Shown: positions 27,366 through 36,496 of the stretch, piece after piece
Position numbering within the stretch: the stretch's first letter is position 1
How the letters are laid out: each line of letters opens with the position of its first letter
Virus record (IMG/VR): IMGVR_UViG_3300045120_000268
Location: 1 to 55,736 of that record
From: a virus
Taxonomy: Duplodnaviria > Caudoviricetes
DNA length: 55,736 bases
Reading direction: 5' to 3' (one strand)
The notes under the pieces: generated by a model
Told to the model about the DNA's origin: nothing
Seen by the model: the letters and a program-made list of their open reading frames with translations, nothing else
The model's database searches: none
Position numbers and translations under genes: made by a program

Positions 27366-27958
27366 GCCTTGTGGCTGACGCGTGCCACGAGCTCGCCCAG
27401 CTCACCCCCCACCTCATCCCCGCGCTCACCCGCGACAACACCGGCGCCACCCTCGTCACCCGGTGGGAATCATCGCTGTCCCTCGTCAACACCGACGTCC
27501 TCTCCGCCATGATCACCCTGCGGTACCAGATCCCCGCCGTCACCATGCGCTCCGCCCAGCTCATCCACGAACCGTGGCAGCCACGCACCCACACCGCCTG
27601 CCTCATCGCCCTCCCCAGGCTCGACGAACGGATCCGCAACCTCGGCCTCGCCGTCGACCACCGGCACCTGGAGACGATCACCGCCGGGTGGGTGCGGCTC
27701 ACCAAACGCGCGTTGGGCCTGCGTAAACCAGACATCCCCCTCGGCGAACAGTGCCCCCGCTGCGACGGCACGTTCGCCGGCGACCTGTTCGTCGCCGGGG
27801 CTGAGGGCTACCTGCGGGAGGGCCGCGACGGGATCACCATCGACTGGCACCACGACCCCAGGGTCTATTGCCCGGTGTGTGGTGAGTGGTGGCCGCAGCG
27901 GGAATGGGAGTTCCTCCTGTCCCTCATCAACCAGCGGCATGGCCAGGTGACCGCATGA
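27362..27958 (+). CDS. Zinc-ribbon protein (possible late regulator)
   Basis: CPRC...CPVCGEWW; last gene of the early operon. Confidence 0.6.
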   Translation: MSLVADACHELAQLTPHLIPALTRDNTGATLVTRWESSLSLVNTDVLSAMITLRYQIPAVTMRSAQLIHEPWQPRTHTACLIALPRLDERIRNLGLAVDHRHLETITAGWVRLTKRALGLRKPDIPLGEQCPRCDGTFAGDLFVAGAEGYLREGRDGITIDWHHDPRVYCPVCGEWWPQREWEFLLSLINQRHGQVTA

Positions 27959-28050
27959 ATGTCCTGGTCAGCGATAGGATGGACTACGTAAAGCCCCCGC
28001 ACCTGCTCACACAGGCCGGGGGTGTGGCCACACCGGTTGGACGGTGCGAC

Positions 28051-28551
28051 ATGAGCGATTCTAAGCCTGACAAGGTTCCCGCTGAGCGCCGCGTCATGAG
28101 CGATGCGGAACGCCTCGCCCGGCGCCGTGAGTCCAGACGCCGCTGGCGGGAGAACAATCCGGAGAAGAATCGCGCATCGAAAGTTCGGTCCAGGCAGTCA
28201 TATGGGCGTGCCAGGGCCATCAAAGACACACAGCGCTGGCGTGCGGCCAAGGTCTATCCCGACTTCAACACGATGTGGGAGGCGCAAGACGGCCGCTGCT
28301 ACCTGTGCCGCAAGCCGCTGAAACCAGGCCGCGGAACGCAGATGGACCATGATCATTCTTGCTGCCCGTCGGGGATCTCATGCCGCATCTGCCGCCGTGG
28401 TCTCGCGTGCGGGGGCTGCAACACAATCCTTAGCCGGGTGAATGACGACCCGGACCTGCTGCACCTGATCGCCGACAACTTCGCGCCCGTGCTGCTCGCC
28501 ACGCGCGCCCGTATCGCTGCCGAACGACGCGTTCAAGATGGGCTCTTCTGA
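28051..28551 (+). CDS. Recombination endonuclease VII-family protein
   Basis: QDGRCYLC...DHDHSCC...CRRGLACGGCN. Confidence 0.88.
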   Translation: MSDSKPDKVPAERRVMSDAERLARRRESRRRWRENNPEKNRASKVRSRQSYGRARAIKDTQRWRAAKVYPDFNTMWEAQDGRCYLCRKPLKPGRGTQMDHDHSCCPSGISCRICRRGLACGGCNTILSRVNDDPDLLHLIADNFAPVLLATRARIAAERRVQDGLF

Positions 28552-28637
28552 CATCGTTTGCCTGTCCGTCAAGCCGCATCAGCCCCGCTGGGTGCGGTTC
28601 GCAGGAGAGACAAACCCCAACGGAAGGATCACCCTCC

Positions 28638-29486
28638 ATGCACCGCATTCGCACCTGGGTCGCCCTCGCGGCGTCCCTCGCCACGGCGGCCCTCACGGCG
28701 CTCGCACTCGCCGCACCCGCAGGCGCGACCATCTCCCCGACGATCACCCCGACGTCGTGCAACACGGCGTTCCCCACCACCCCACCGTCCGACTGCCTCG
28801 CCGGCGTCTACCTCGCACCGAACGCGAACCGCACCGCCAACGGCGACCACATGACCGGCGTCAAAGACCAGTTCGTCCTCACCTCGGCGCTGCAGGCCCG
28901 TTCCGGTGGGGTAGCGGTCAACGCACCCGGTGTCGCCCTCTGCCAGTTCAGGTCCCTCGGGGTGCCCGGGTTCAAGGCCGTGCTCTACGCCCAGTGGAAC
29001 CAGGGCGAAGGCGCGTACGACATCTTCGAGGGACACGCCGCGTCAGCGCAGTGCCTGAAGGGGTTCACCGACGTCCCCGTCACCAAGATCGACCAGGTCG
29101 CGCCCGGGCATGTGCTGTTCCTGGCGATCACCCAGAACCACTCCACCCACCACATCCTGTTCACCGACTCCGATGAGACGACCCTCACTGGGGCGGCGAC
29201 GTCGTTCTTCGGGTTCCACGCGTGGTTCAACCGCGCCGGTATCGGCGATGAGGGCACCGTGAACCTGCTGACCACACCGGCGAACAACCTGCTGTTCACC
29301 CCCACCCACGCCCGCGTCCGTGACCTGGTCGGGTGGACGAACATCAACCGTCCCACCCTCACCCGCCTGATCCTGAACCGGGTCATCGGCACCACCGACG
29401 GCACCCTCTCGGGTGGGGTGCTGCTGACACCGGGGAGCATCGGCTCGAGCAGTTTCCCGGTGCTTGAGGGGCAGCTGGGGATCTGA
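28638..29486 (+). CDS. Secreted beta-rich protein
   Basis: Sec signal peptide ending APAGA; four Cys. Confidence 0.75.
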   Translation: MHRIRTWVALAASLATAALTALALAAPAGATISPTITPTSCNTAFPTTPPSDCLAGVYLAPNANRTANGDHMTGVKDQFVLTSALQARSGGVAVNAPGVALCQFRSLGVPGFKAVLYAQWNQGEGAYDIFEGHAASAQCLKGFTDVPVTKIDQVAPGHVLFLAITQNHSTHHILFTDSDETTLTGAATSFFGFHAWFNRAGIGDEGTVNLLTTPANNLLFTPTHARVRDLVGWTNINRPTLTRLILNRVIGTTDGTLSGGVLLTPGSIGSSSFPVLEGQLGI

Positions 29487-29569
29487 CCCTGTGAACGTGC
29501 CCGGGGCCGGCACCGTGTCCCCCGACTCCCACCCGGCCCCGGGCACACCCACCGAAGGACACGCCCACC

Positions 29570-30847
29570 ATGCACGTCATCTCGCGCAGCACACCCCGCC
29601 TGTGCCATGATGCACACACGCACCTTTTGCGTGCCCACACTCAGGCAGCAAGGTGCCGTTTCATGCCGGAAGGCACCCCCGTGACCTGGCGATGCTGGCG
29701 ACACCGAAACCACCTGGTGCAGATCCCAGGTGGCTGGCGGTGCAACCACCTGCGCTGCCTAATCATGCTGTGGAGCTGGAAGGCAGCCCCGTGACCTGGT
29801 TCCAGATGCCCGCCATGCTGGCCGACATCCAGCGCACCACCCACCGACTTGAAGCGAAGGTGACCGCCTTGTCTGAGCAGAGCGCCGAAATCCAGCAGGA
29901 CGTCACCGACATCGAGGCCGCCGTAGCCAAGATCAACGATGGCGTGGCACGTGCCACCGCCCTCATCCAGCAACTAGAAGCCGGCCAGGGCCAGCCCATC
30001 GACCCGGCCGTCCTCGCCTCGCTGAAGCAGGCCGTCGCTGATGTCAGCAGCGCCGCCGCACCCGTCGCCGGTCTCGCGCCCTGACCCCATGCCAGCCGCC
30101 CGCTGCGGCAAACCGATGGCCGCGTTCATGTACCAAACCGGCCGCACCTGCGGCCGCCCCAACGGACACCCAGGCCCATGCCGCAGCACCCGCTCCCTCC
30201 AGCAACGCCAAGACACCCACCGCATCCGCCGCCGCCAGGCCAACCCATGAGGTCCTGCGGGTGTGACATCGACATCGGCGTCTTCGGTCACATCATCTGC
30301 TGGTCCCAGCCGTTCCCCTACGGCAAGCACTTCACCTGCCGCTGCACCACCTGTCCCTGCACCATCTGCCACAAGCCGGGTCAGGTGTGGACAGCGACCC
30401 CTACCGCGGCGACAGTGACAGTGAGCGTGTGACCATGGGACTGCGCATCAAAGTCTGGGACGATCCCAGCCAGCCAGATGACACCTACATCCTGGACCAG
30501 CTCATGGTCCTGACCAGCATGTCCCTCGACCAGCTCCGCACGGTGATCCAGCAAGTCAACGCCATGTGCCACCAGCGGGACCGGTGACCATGGCCCTCAC
30601 CCCCGACGACGTGCCCGCGTGGCTCCGCGATATCAAACCCGGCGACCCCATTGAACTCACCATCCGCGGCGTCCTCACCGAGAAGATCCTCAGCGCCGAC
30701 GGGGAACACGTCCTCATGTCCATCCGCTACGGAAACCCGCAGGAACGCGCCTCGCAGTTCGATGGCCCTGACCCCGTCCTAGCCGCGTGGCCCCCACCCG
30801 ATGGCCTCACCCTCCGCGGATTCATTCTGACCCCAACGGACGGCTGA
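29570..30847 (+). other. Small genes (29570-29794, 29791-30084 coiled coil, 30089-30250, 30247-30432, 30435-30587, 30590-30847)
   Basis: Coupled or closely spaced ORFs. Confidence 0.55.
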
Positions 30848-30849
30848 CC

Positions 30850-31161
30850 ATGGCACGGTGGAAGGGCACCACCACCCAGCGCGGCATGGGCAGCGGACAC
30901 CAGCGCCTGCGTCAGCAACGGCTAGCCGTGTACCGGCCGGGTGACATATGCACCCACGGCGGCGAACCCATGTTCTACCCGCCGCCCGTCCGGGTTAACG
31001 GGCGGCTTGTCTCCCCGTTCCTCGACCTGCCGCACACGGCGGACCGCAGCGGCTACCTGCCCGGCCTCTCATGCGCACACCACAACCGCAGCGAAGGCGT
31101 GACCAGGCGCAACCGCATGCGTGGCGTGGCCAGCACATGGCGCACAGCACGTAGATGGTGA
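30850..31161 (+). CDS. Terminase-associated HNH-like protein
   Basis: TTQRGMGSGHQRLR...LDLPH...SCAHHNRSEG; last gene before terS. Confidence 0.65.
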   Translation: MARWKGTTTQRGMGSGHQRLRQQRLAVYRPGDICTHGGEPMFYPPPVRVNGRLVSPFLDLPHTADRSGYLPGLSCAHHNRSEGVTRRNRMRGVASTWRTARRW

Positions 31162-31445
31162 CCACCCAGTACGGAGGGTGGACATGGATGGTGGACAGGA
31201 TGGGTGCATGGTTGATGGTGACCATGCACACGGAGGGTGACCATCATAGGGACTGCCTACCACCCCACCACCACCCCACCATCCGGCCCTCCTACCACCC
31301 CACCACCCACTGATCGACCATCCAGGGTCCTGACCTGCGACGATGACCACCCTTCGAATCGGCGATGAACTTCGGACCATCTCGTATGACCCCACAGCCA
31401 ACGTTCATACACGCAGAGTTACCGCTCACGTGATCAGGAGGGTTC
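31162..31445. other. Putative cos/packaging-site region
   Basis: Non-coding gap between HNH and terS; repeats ACGGAGGGTG x2 and CCTACCACCCCACCACC x2; C-to-G skew flip. Confidence 0.6.
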
Positions 31446-31766
31446 GTGGCTGACAGTGACGCCCTGCGGCAGCGGCGCCGGAAGGCGCACATGCAGGGTG
31501 ATCATGCGCTGTGCCGCCGCTGTTCTGCGGTGAAGGGGGCGCCCATGTCCCCGGTTCCCGATCTTCCGGTGGGTGCGGGTGAGGTGACGGATGCGCCGTC
31601 GGAGCTGCGGCAGCTGGCGTGGCGGATGGCTGAGGCGCACCGGGCTGACCCGGCGAACGCGATCCTGGCGCGGGAGTTGCGGCTGACGCTGCAGGCGCTG
31701 ATCCCTGCGGGCAAGGTGGAGCTGGATGCCGATCTCACGGGACTCTTCGGCTCCTTGCAAGCCTAG
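31446..31766 (+). CDS. terS: Terminase small subunit
   Basis: AGGAGG RBS; helical 106-aa protein (LARELRLTLQAL) overlapping terL. Confidence 0.7.
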   Translation: MADSDALRQRRRKAHMQGDHALCRRCSAVKGAPMSPVPDLPVGAGEVTDAPSELRQLAWRMAEAHRADPANAILARELRLTLQALIPAGKVELDADLTGLFGSLQA

Positions 31767-32643
31767 GTTCGCGACGCCTGCGACGGGCAGGCCGCATCTC
31801 GCGGAGGGCATCGGGCAGACGGCGGCGCTGCTGGGGTTTGACCTGATGCCGTGGCAGCACGGCACGAACTCGGTCGCGACGGAACTGGGCCCGGATGGCC
31901 GGTTTGTGTACCGGCAGGTGGTGCTGGAGGTGATGCGGCAGCAGGGGAAGACGGTGGACCTGCTGGCGATGATGCTGGCGCGGGGGCTGCGCCGGCCGGG
32001 GACGCAGATCGCTTATACGGCGCAGACGCGGCTGGATGCGCGGCACCGGCTGCTGGATGTGTGGTGGCCGCTCATTGAGCGGAGCAAGCTGCGGCGGTTC
32101 ATTGAGCCGCGTAAGGGGTCGGGGTCTGAGGCGTACCTGTTCTCGAACGGGTCGATGCTGAGCCTGGTGTCGGGGACGCAGACGTCTGGCCACGGTGACA
32201 GCCTCGATCTGGGTGTGATCGACGAGGCGTGGGCGCAGCGTGATGACCACATTGAGCAGGCGATGCGCCCGGCGATGATGACCCGTGACGCGCAGTTGTG
32301 GATTGTGTCGGCGGCGGGTGATGAGACGTCGGAGTATTTCCGGGGGAAGGTGGAGGACGGCCGGGCGCGTGCTGAGATGGGCGTGACGGAGAACGGCTGT
32401 TACATCGGCTATTCGGCGGCTGATGATGCGGATCCTGCGGATCCGGCGGTGTGGCGGGGGTGTATGCCTGCGCTGGGTGCCACGGTGAGTGAGGAGACCG
32501 TGATGGCCGACTTCGAGCTGATGGACCTGGCGGAGTTCCGCCGCGCCTACCTGTGCCAGTGGCCGGAGGTCGCGAAGCCGGGCTGGGACGTGATCGGGCA
32601 GGATGAGTGGGCTTCGGCTGCTAATCCCCAGGCGCGGCTGTGA
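31726..32643 (+). CDS. terL: Terminase large subunit, ATPase part
   Basis: LMPWQ, Walker A RQQGKT, Walker B GVIDEAW, SAAG, FRRAYLCQW. Confidence 0.92.
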   Translation: MPISRDSSAPCKPRFATPATGRPHLAEGIGQTAALLGFDLMPWQHGTNSVATELGPDGRFVYRQVVLEVMRQQGKTVDLLAMMLARGLRRPGTQIAYTAQTRLDARHRLLDVWWPLIERSKLRRFIEPRKGSGSEAYLFSNGSMLSLVSGTQTSGHGDSLDLGVIDEAWAQRDDHIEQAMRPAMMTRDAQLWIVSAAGDETSEYFRGKVEDGRARAEMGVTENGCYIGYSAADDADPADPAVWRGCMPALGATVSEETVMADFELMDLAEFRRAYLCQWPEVAKPGWDVIGQDEWASAANPQARL

Positions 32644-33167
32644 ACGGCGAGGTTGCGTTCAGTGTGGAGATCAGCGATGACTGCACCTGCCATCCGGGGA
32701 AGGCGCGGCGGCATTGCGCGATCGTTGCTGCTGGGCGGGGTGCTTCGGGCCGGATCGTGGCGGACCTGGTGTGGTATGAGCATCCGCGCGGGGCGGTTGC
32801 CCGGATGACTGAGTTGAGCGAGAAGCATGATCCGCTGGCTGTGGTGATTACTGAGAAGTCGCAGTCGGCGACGTTGCTGAAGCCTCTCGCTGACGCGGGG
32901 GTGTGGGTGACGCCGGTGATGCAGCCGGATACCGCTGTTGCCCACGGCGAGTTCCTGGACCTGGTGGCCGAGGGCGGGCTGGAGCATCTTGACCAGCCGC
33001 CGCTTACGGCTGCGGTGCGGGCGGCGCAGCAGAAGCCGCTGTCTGGTGCGCAGACGTGGGAACGGAAAGTCGCTGTTGATCAGGCGCCGTTGCGGGCGGC
33101 GACGCTGGCGGTGTGGGCGTTCCGTGGCTGGGAGCTGAACTCGCAGCCGGGTACCTGGGCGGTCTGA
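32640..33167 (+). CDS. Terminase large subunit, nuclease part (separate ORF)
   Basis: VAFSVEIS...AIVAAG...LEHLDQPPLTAAV...DQAPLRAATLAVW. Confidence 0.8.
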   Translation: MNGEVAFSVEISDDCTCHPGKARRHCAIVAAGRGASGRIVADLVWYEHPRGAVARMTELSEKHDPLAVVITEKSQSATLLKPLADAGVWVTPVMQPDTAVAHGEFLDLVAEGGLEHLDQPPLTAAVRAAQQKPLSGAQTWERKVAVDQAPLRAATLAVWAFRGWELNSQPGTWAV

Positions 33168-33168
33168 G

Positions 33169-33261
33169 GTGGATCAGTCGCCGTTGATGGCGGCGACGTG
33201 GGCGTGCTGGGGGTTCCGCCGGTGGGAGGAACTCGCCCAGCCCGGCGCCTGGGTCATGTAG
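33169..33261 (+). repeat. Diverged tandem copy of the terL 3' end (33075..33167)
   Basis: VDQSPLMAATWACWGFRRWEELAQPGAWVM vs VDQAPLRAATLAVWAFRGWELNSQPGTWAV; 18/30 identical. Confidence 0.85.
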
Positions 33262-33402
33262 GTGCCGGGACCTTCGGAGTGTAGGCGTTCCGTCCGCTGG
33301 CATCGGCTCGGCATTACCCGGTCAGCCCCCAACCCACGGTCTTCGCGCCGGAGTCTTCCCCGCGCCGAGTCCCGGCACCTATCCCAATCTTAGGAGGTCA
33401 CC

Positions 33403-33621
33403 GTGCGGTTGTCGGTCGTGCTGCTGCTGGTGTCGCTGGCTGGTGTGCTGGGCGGCGCGGCGCTGATCGGCCTCCCCGCGCTCGGTGCCGCGGTCATCTT
33501 CGACAGCCTGTGCGTCGGCGTGTGGGCGCTGGCGCGTGATGACGGCCTGCCGTCGGTGCGGGCGGTGCGTGGGACGCCGACGGTGGCGCAGGCGCTGGAA
33601 CGGTTCCGGGACGCCGCGTGA
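33403..33621 (+). CDS. Small 2-TM protein before portal
   Basis: AGGAGG RBS; coupled to portal. Confidence 0.7.
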   Translation: MRLSVVLLLVSLAGVLGGAALIGLPALGAAVIFDSLCVGVWALARDDGLPSVRAVRGTPTVAQALERFRDAA

Positions 33622-35084
33622 GGCTCTGGGACCGGCTGATCTCACGCCAGGGCGGCTACTGGGAAGGGATGGCCTCCGGTGCGGCTGTCCTCACCACGTC
33701 CTACGCCGGCCCGGACCGGGAACCGCTGCAGCCGCAACTCGCCGCGTTCGCGCAGAAAGCCAACGCTTCGAGTTCGCCGGTGTTCTCGGCGCATCTGGTG
33801 CGGCTGGCCCTGTTCTCCGAGGTCACGTTCGCCTGGCAGGCGAAAGATGACAAGCATCTGTGGGGTAACACGGACCTGGCGAAGCTGGAGGAACCGTTCG
33901 GCCCGGACACGACGACGGGGCAGCTGCTGGCGCGGATGGAGCAGGACGCGTTCCTCACCGGCCAGGCGTACATCTGGGACCCGCCGGGTGAGGACCGGCT
34001 CGTCAGGCTGCGGCCGGACTGGGTGACGATCGTCTCCGAGGTCGTCCGCCTGGATGGCGGCGGCTGGTACCGGCGGCCGCGGGCGTACTGGTTCGAGCCA
34101 CCGAAGGGCCTCCTCGAGGACCGCGACGGGTTCATGGTCCCCGCCGCCGAGTGTGTCCATTTCGCGCCGATCCCGGACCCGGTGGCCGATTTCCGGGGCA
34201 TGACGCCGCTGACCGCCATCATCCGCGACGTCCAGGGCGACGACGGCATGGGCCGGTACAAGATCCGTTACCTGAATAACGACGCGACGCCGAACATCGT
34301 CATCAAGTATGCGCAGAAGCTGGCGCCGGGGACGGTCGACCGGATCCGGGAACGGGTCACCGCGAGATATGCCGGGCCGGACAACGCGGGGAAGACGCTG
34401 ATCCTGGACCAGGGCGCGGACCTGACGCTGGCGGGGAATTCGCTGCAGCAGATGGATTTCTCGAACGTGTCGGCGGTCGGGACGGAGCGGATCCTGGCGG
34501 CGTGCGCGGTCCCGGGTGTCCTCGTCGGCCTCGAACCGCTGCGCGGCGCTGGCCGGGGTTATCAGGAGTCGATGCAGAAGCTGGCGAATGTGTGGGCGCG
34601 TCCGCAGTGGCGTGCGGTGTGCGGGGCGCTGTCGAAGATCGTGAACGTGCCGCCGGGCAACCGGTTGTGGTTCGACCCGTCGGACATCGCGGCGTTGCAG
34701 GACGGGGAGATGGAACGCGGCCAGGCCGCCCTCGTCCGCGCCCAGGCGCTGCTGGCACTCGTCCAGGCCGGATACACGCACGAAAGCGCGGTCGCGTACC
34801 TGGACTCGGCGGACCCGTCGCAGCTGAAGGCCGGGGGGATCGGCACACCATCCACGGGGCCACAGGTGCAGCATCTGCTGCCGCAATCCCAGCCGGGTGC
34901 GGTCGCGTCGCCGCTGCCGCCGACTTTGGGGCGCCTGCCGGTGGGGCCGGCGTCGGTGGGTTCCGGTGGTGACGGGTCACGGCCGATACCGCGGCCAGCG
35001 TCGGCGAGGCGGGCACTGACCAACGGTCACGACGACTGGGAGCGGCTCATGAAGACGCCGCCTCAGCCCTCCGAACGTAGTTAG
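33618..35084 (+). CDS. Portal protein (HK97 type)
   Basis: LTGQAY...LRPDWV...FRGMTPL...YAGPDNAGKTLILDQG. Confidence 0.92.
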   Translation: MRLWDRLISRQGGYWEGMASGAAVLTTSYAGPDREPLQPQLAAFAQKANASSSPVFSAHLVRLALFSEVTFAWQAKDDKHLWGNTDLAKLEEPFGPDTTTGQLLARMEQDAFLTGQAYIWDPPGEDRLVRLRPDWVTIVSEVVRLDGGGWYRRPRAYWFEPPKGLLEDRDGFMVPAAECVHFAPIPDPVADFRGMTPLTAIIRDVQGDDGMGRYKIRYLNNDATPNIVIKYAQKLAPGTVDRIRERVTARYAGPDNAGKTLILDQGADLTLAGNSLQQMDFSNVSAVGTERILAACAVPGVLVGLEPLRGAGRGYQESMQKLANVWARPQWRAVCGALSKIVNVPPGNRLWFDPSDIAALQDGEMERGQAALVRAQALLALVQAGYTHESAVAYLDSADPSQLKAGGIGTPSTGPQVQHLLPQSQPGAVASPLPPTLGRLPVGPASVGSGGDGSRPIPRPASARRALTNGHDDWERLMKTPPQPSERS

Positions 35085-35097
35085 GGGGTGATGCCGT

Positions 35098-35217
35098 ATG
35101 ACCAGCGTGAACGACGCTGCCCGTGCCGCCGGGATGATCACTAACCCCGGGGGGACCGAGCGCCTGCACCAGTACTGGGTGCATGGCGAGGGTGCCGCGA
35201 AGATCCGCTGGGGTTGA
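35098..35217 (+). CDS. N-terminal fragment of protease gene (frameshift at ~35213)
   Basis: RLHQYWVHGEGAAKIRWG* continues in the -1 frame as ..APGDFDRCVMHLGKY. Confidence 0.6.
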   Translation: MTSVNDAARAAGMITNPGGTERLHQYWVHGEGAAKIRWG

Positions 35218-36473
35218 ACGGCGCCCCCGGGGACTTCGACCGGTGCGTCATGCACCTCGGCAAGTACATCAAGGACCCGAAGGGCTACTGCGCAAACGCC
35301 CACCACGCCGCGCTCGGCATCTGGCCGGCGACCCACGCGGCGATGGAACACGCAGGAAGGGCATCCGTGACGACACCAGCAGGCGACCACGACGCCGACG
35401 GCCTGGACTCGTCCTGGGACGGCGACTGCTCCGACCTCCCCGACCTGACCGGGCTGCACGTCCACCACTTCGAGGCCGCCGAGCAGGCGATGGGCACACC
35501 GGCGCCAGATGCACCCGCGCAGCGGGCCATGCCGAAACTCGGCACCGGTGCCCGCTTCAAGAAGCTTTCCGCCTCGCTGGCGGCCAAGGGCGCGCACAAC
35601 CCGGACGCGCTCGCCGCCTATATCGGCCGGCGCAAGTTCGGCAAAGCTAAGTTCTCCAAGATCGCCGCGAAGGCACGCGGGAAGGGCGGTTCGACCCGGA
35701 TGGATACCCCCCGCGCTGAGTACATGCGCCTGTACCCGCTTGAGGACATCCACATCCTCCGCTCCGCCGACGGTGGTGACGGCCGCACCGTCGAGGCGTT
35801 CGCCGCCGTCTTCGACGACCCTGCTGAGATCCAGGACCACGAAGGCCACTACGTGGAGACGATCGACCGGTCGGCGTTCAACAAGGTCATCGCCGACGCG
35901 TCCCGCGCCCGTGGCGGGTTCCCCGGGTCGGTGAAGGTGCTTTACAACCACGGCATGACCATCCAGGGCACCCCGTCGGAGCGGTTCTCCATGCCGATCG
36001 GTGTGCCGGTGGACATCCGCGCCGAGCAGCGCGGTCTCCTCACCCGCACCCGTTACAGCGACACGCCGCTGGCCGAGGAGATCCTGGAGAACATCCGCGC
36101 CGGGTCCATCACGTCCCAGTCGTTCACGGGGCGGATCGTCCGGTCGGACCCGTCGCTGCGCCGCGGCGACCGTTACCGCCCCGACAGTGCCGGGAACCTG
36201 CGCACTGTCCGCCGCACCGAACTGGGCCTGCGTGAGTACGGCCCGGTGCTGTGGCCCGCATACTCGGGCGCCGAGATCCTCGGTGTCCGCATGTCCACTC
36301 CCGGCACGTGGGAGCCGGACGAAGAGATCGACCCTGGCACTTCCCCCGATGGCGAAGCCGCCGCCGGTGAGCCGCTGACCTCCGATGGTGAGCACTCGGC
36401 CCGGTATCACCAGCACGCCCTCTACCGCCTGCGCTCCGAGAAGCTGCGCGAAGAGGCCGGGCTGGACTGGTAA
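35214..36473 (+). CDS. Capsid maturation protease (HK97 family) with N-terminal extra domains
   Basis: VEAFAAVFD, VLYNHG, SQSFTG, LREYGPVLWPAY. Confidence 0.9.
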   Translation: MNGAPGDFDRCVMHLGKYIKDPKGYCANAHHAALGIWPATHAAMEHAGRASVTTPAGDHDADGLDSSWDGDCSDLPDLTGLHVHHFEAAEQAMGTPAPDAPAQRAMPKLGTGARFKKLSASLAAKGAHNPDALAAYIGRRKFGKAKFSKIAAKARGKGGSTRMDTPRAEYMRLYPLEDIHILRSADGGDGRTVEAFAAVFDDPAEIQDHEGHYVETIDRSAFNKVIADASRARGGFPGSVKVLYNHGMTIQGTPSERFSMPIGVPVDIRAEQRGLLTRTRYSDTPLAEEILENIRAGSITSQSFTGRIVRSDPSLRRGDRYRPDSAGNLRTVRRTELGLREYGPVLWPAYSGAEILGVRMSTPGTWEPDEEIDPGTSPDGEAAAGEPLTSDGEHSARYHQHALYRLRSEKLREEAGLDW

Positions 36474-36496
36474 CCAGCCGAAAGGACGGCGGTCCC

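Noticed and set aside
33075-33261. DGR template/variable repeat pair
   Set aside because: Mismatches are not adenine-specific and no reverse transcriptase is present
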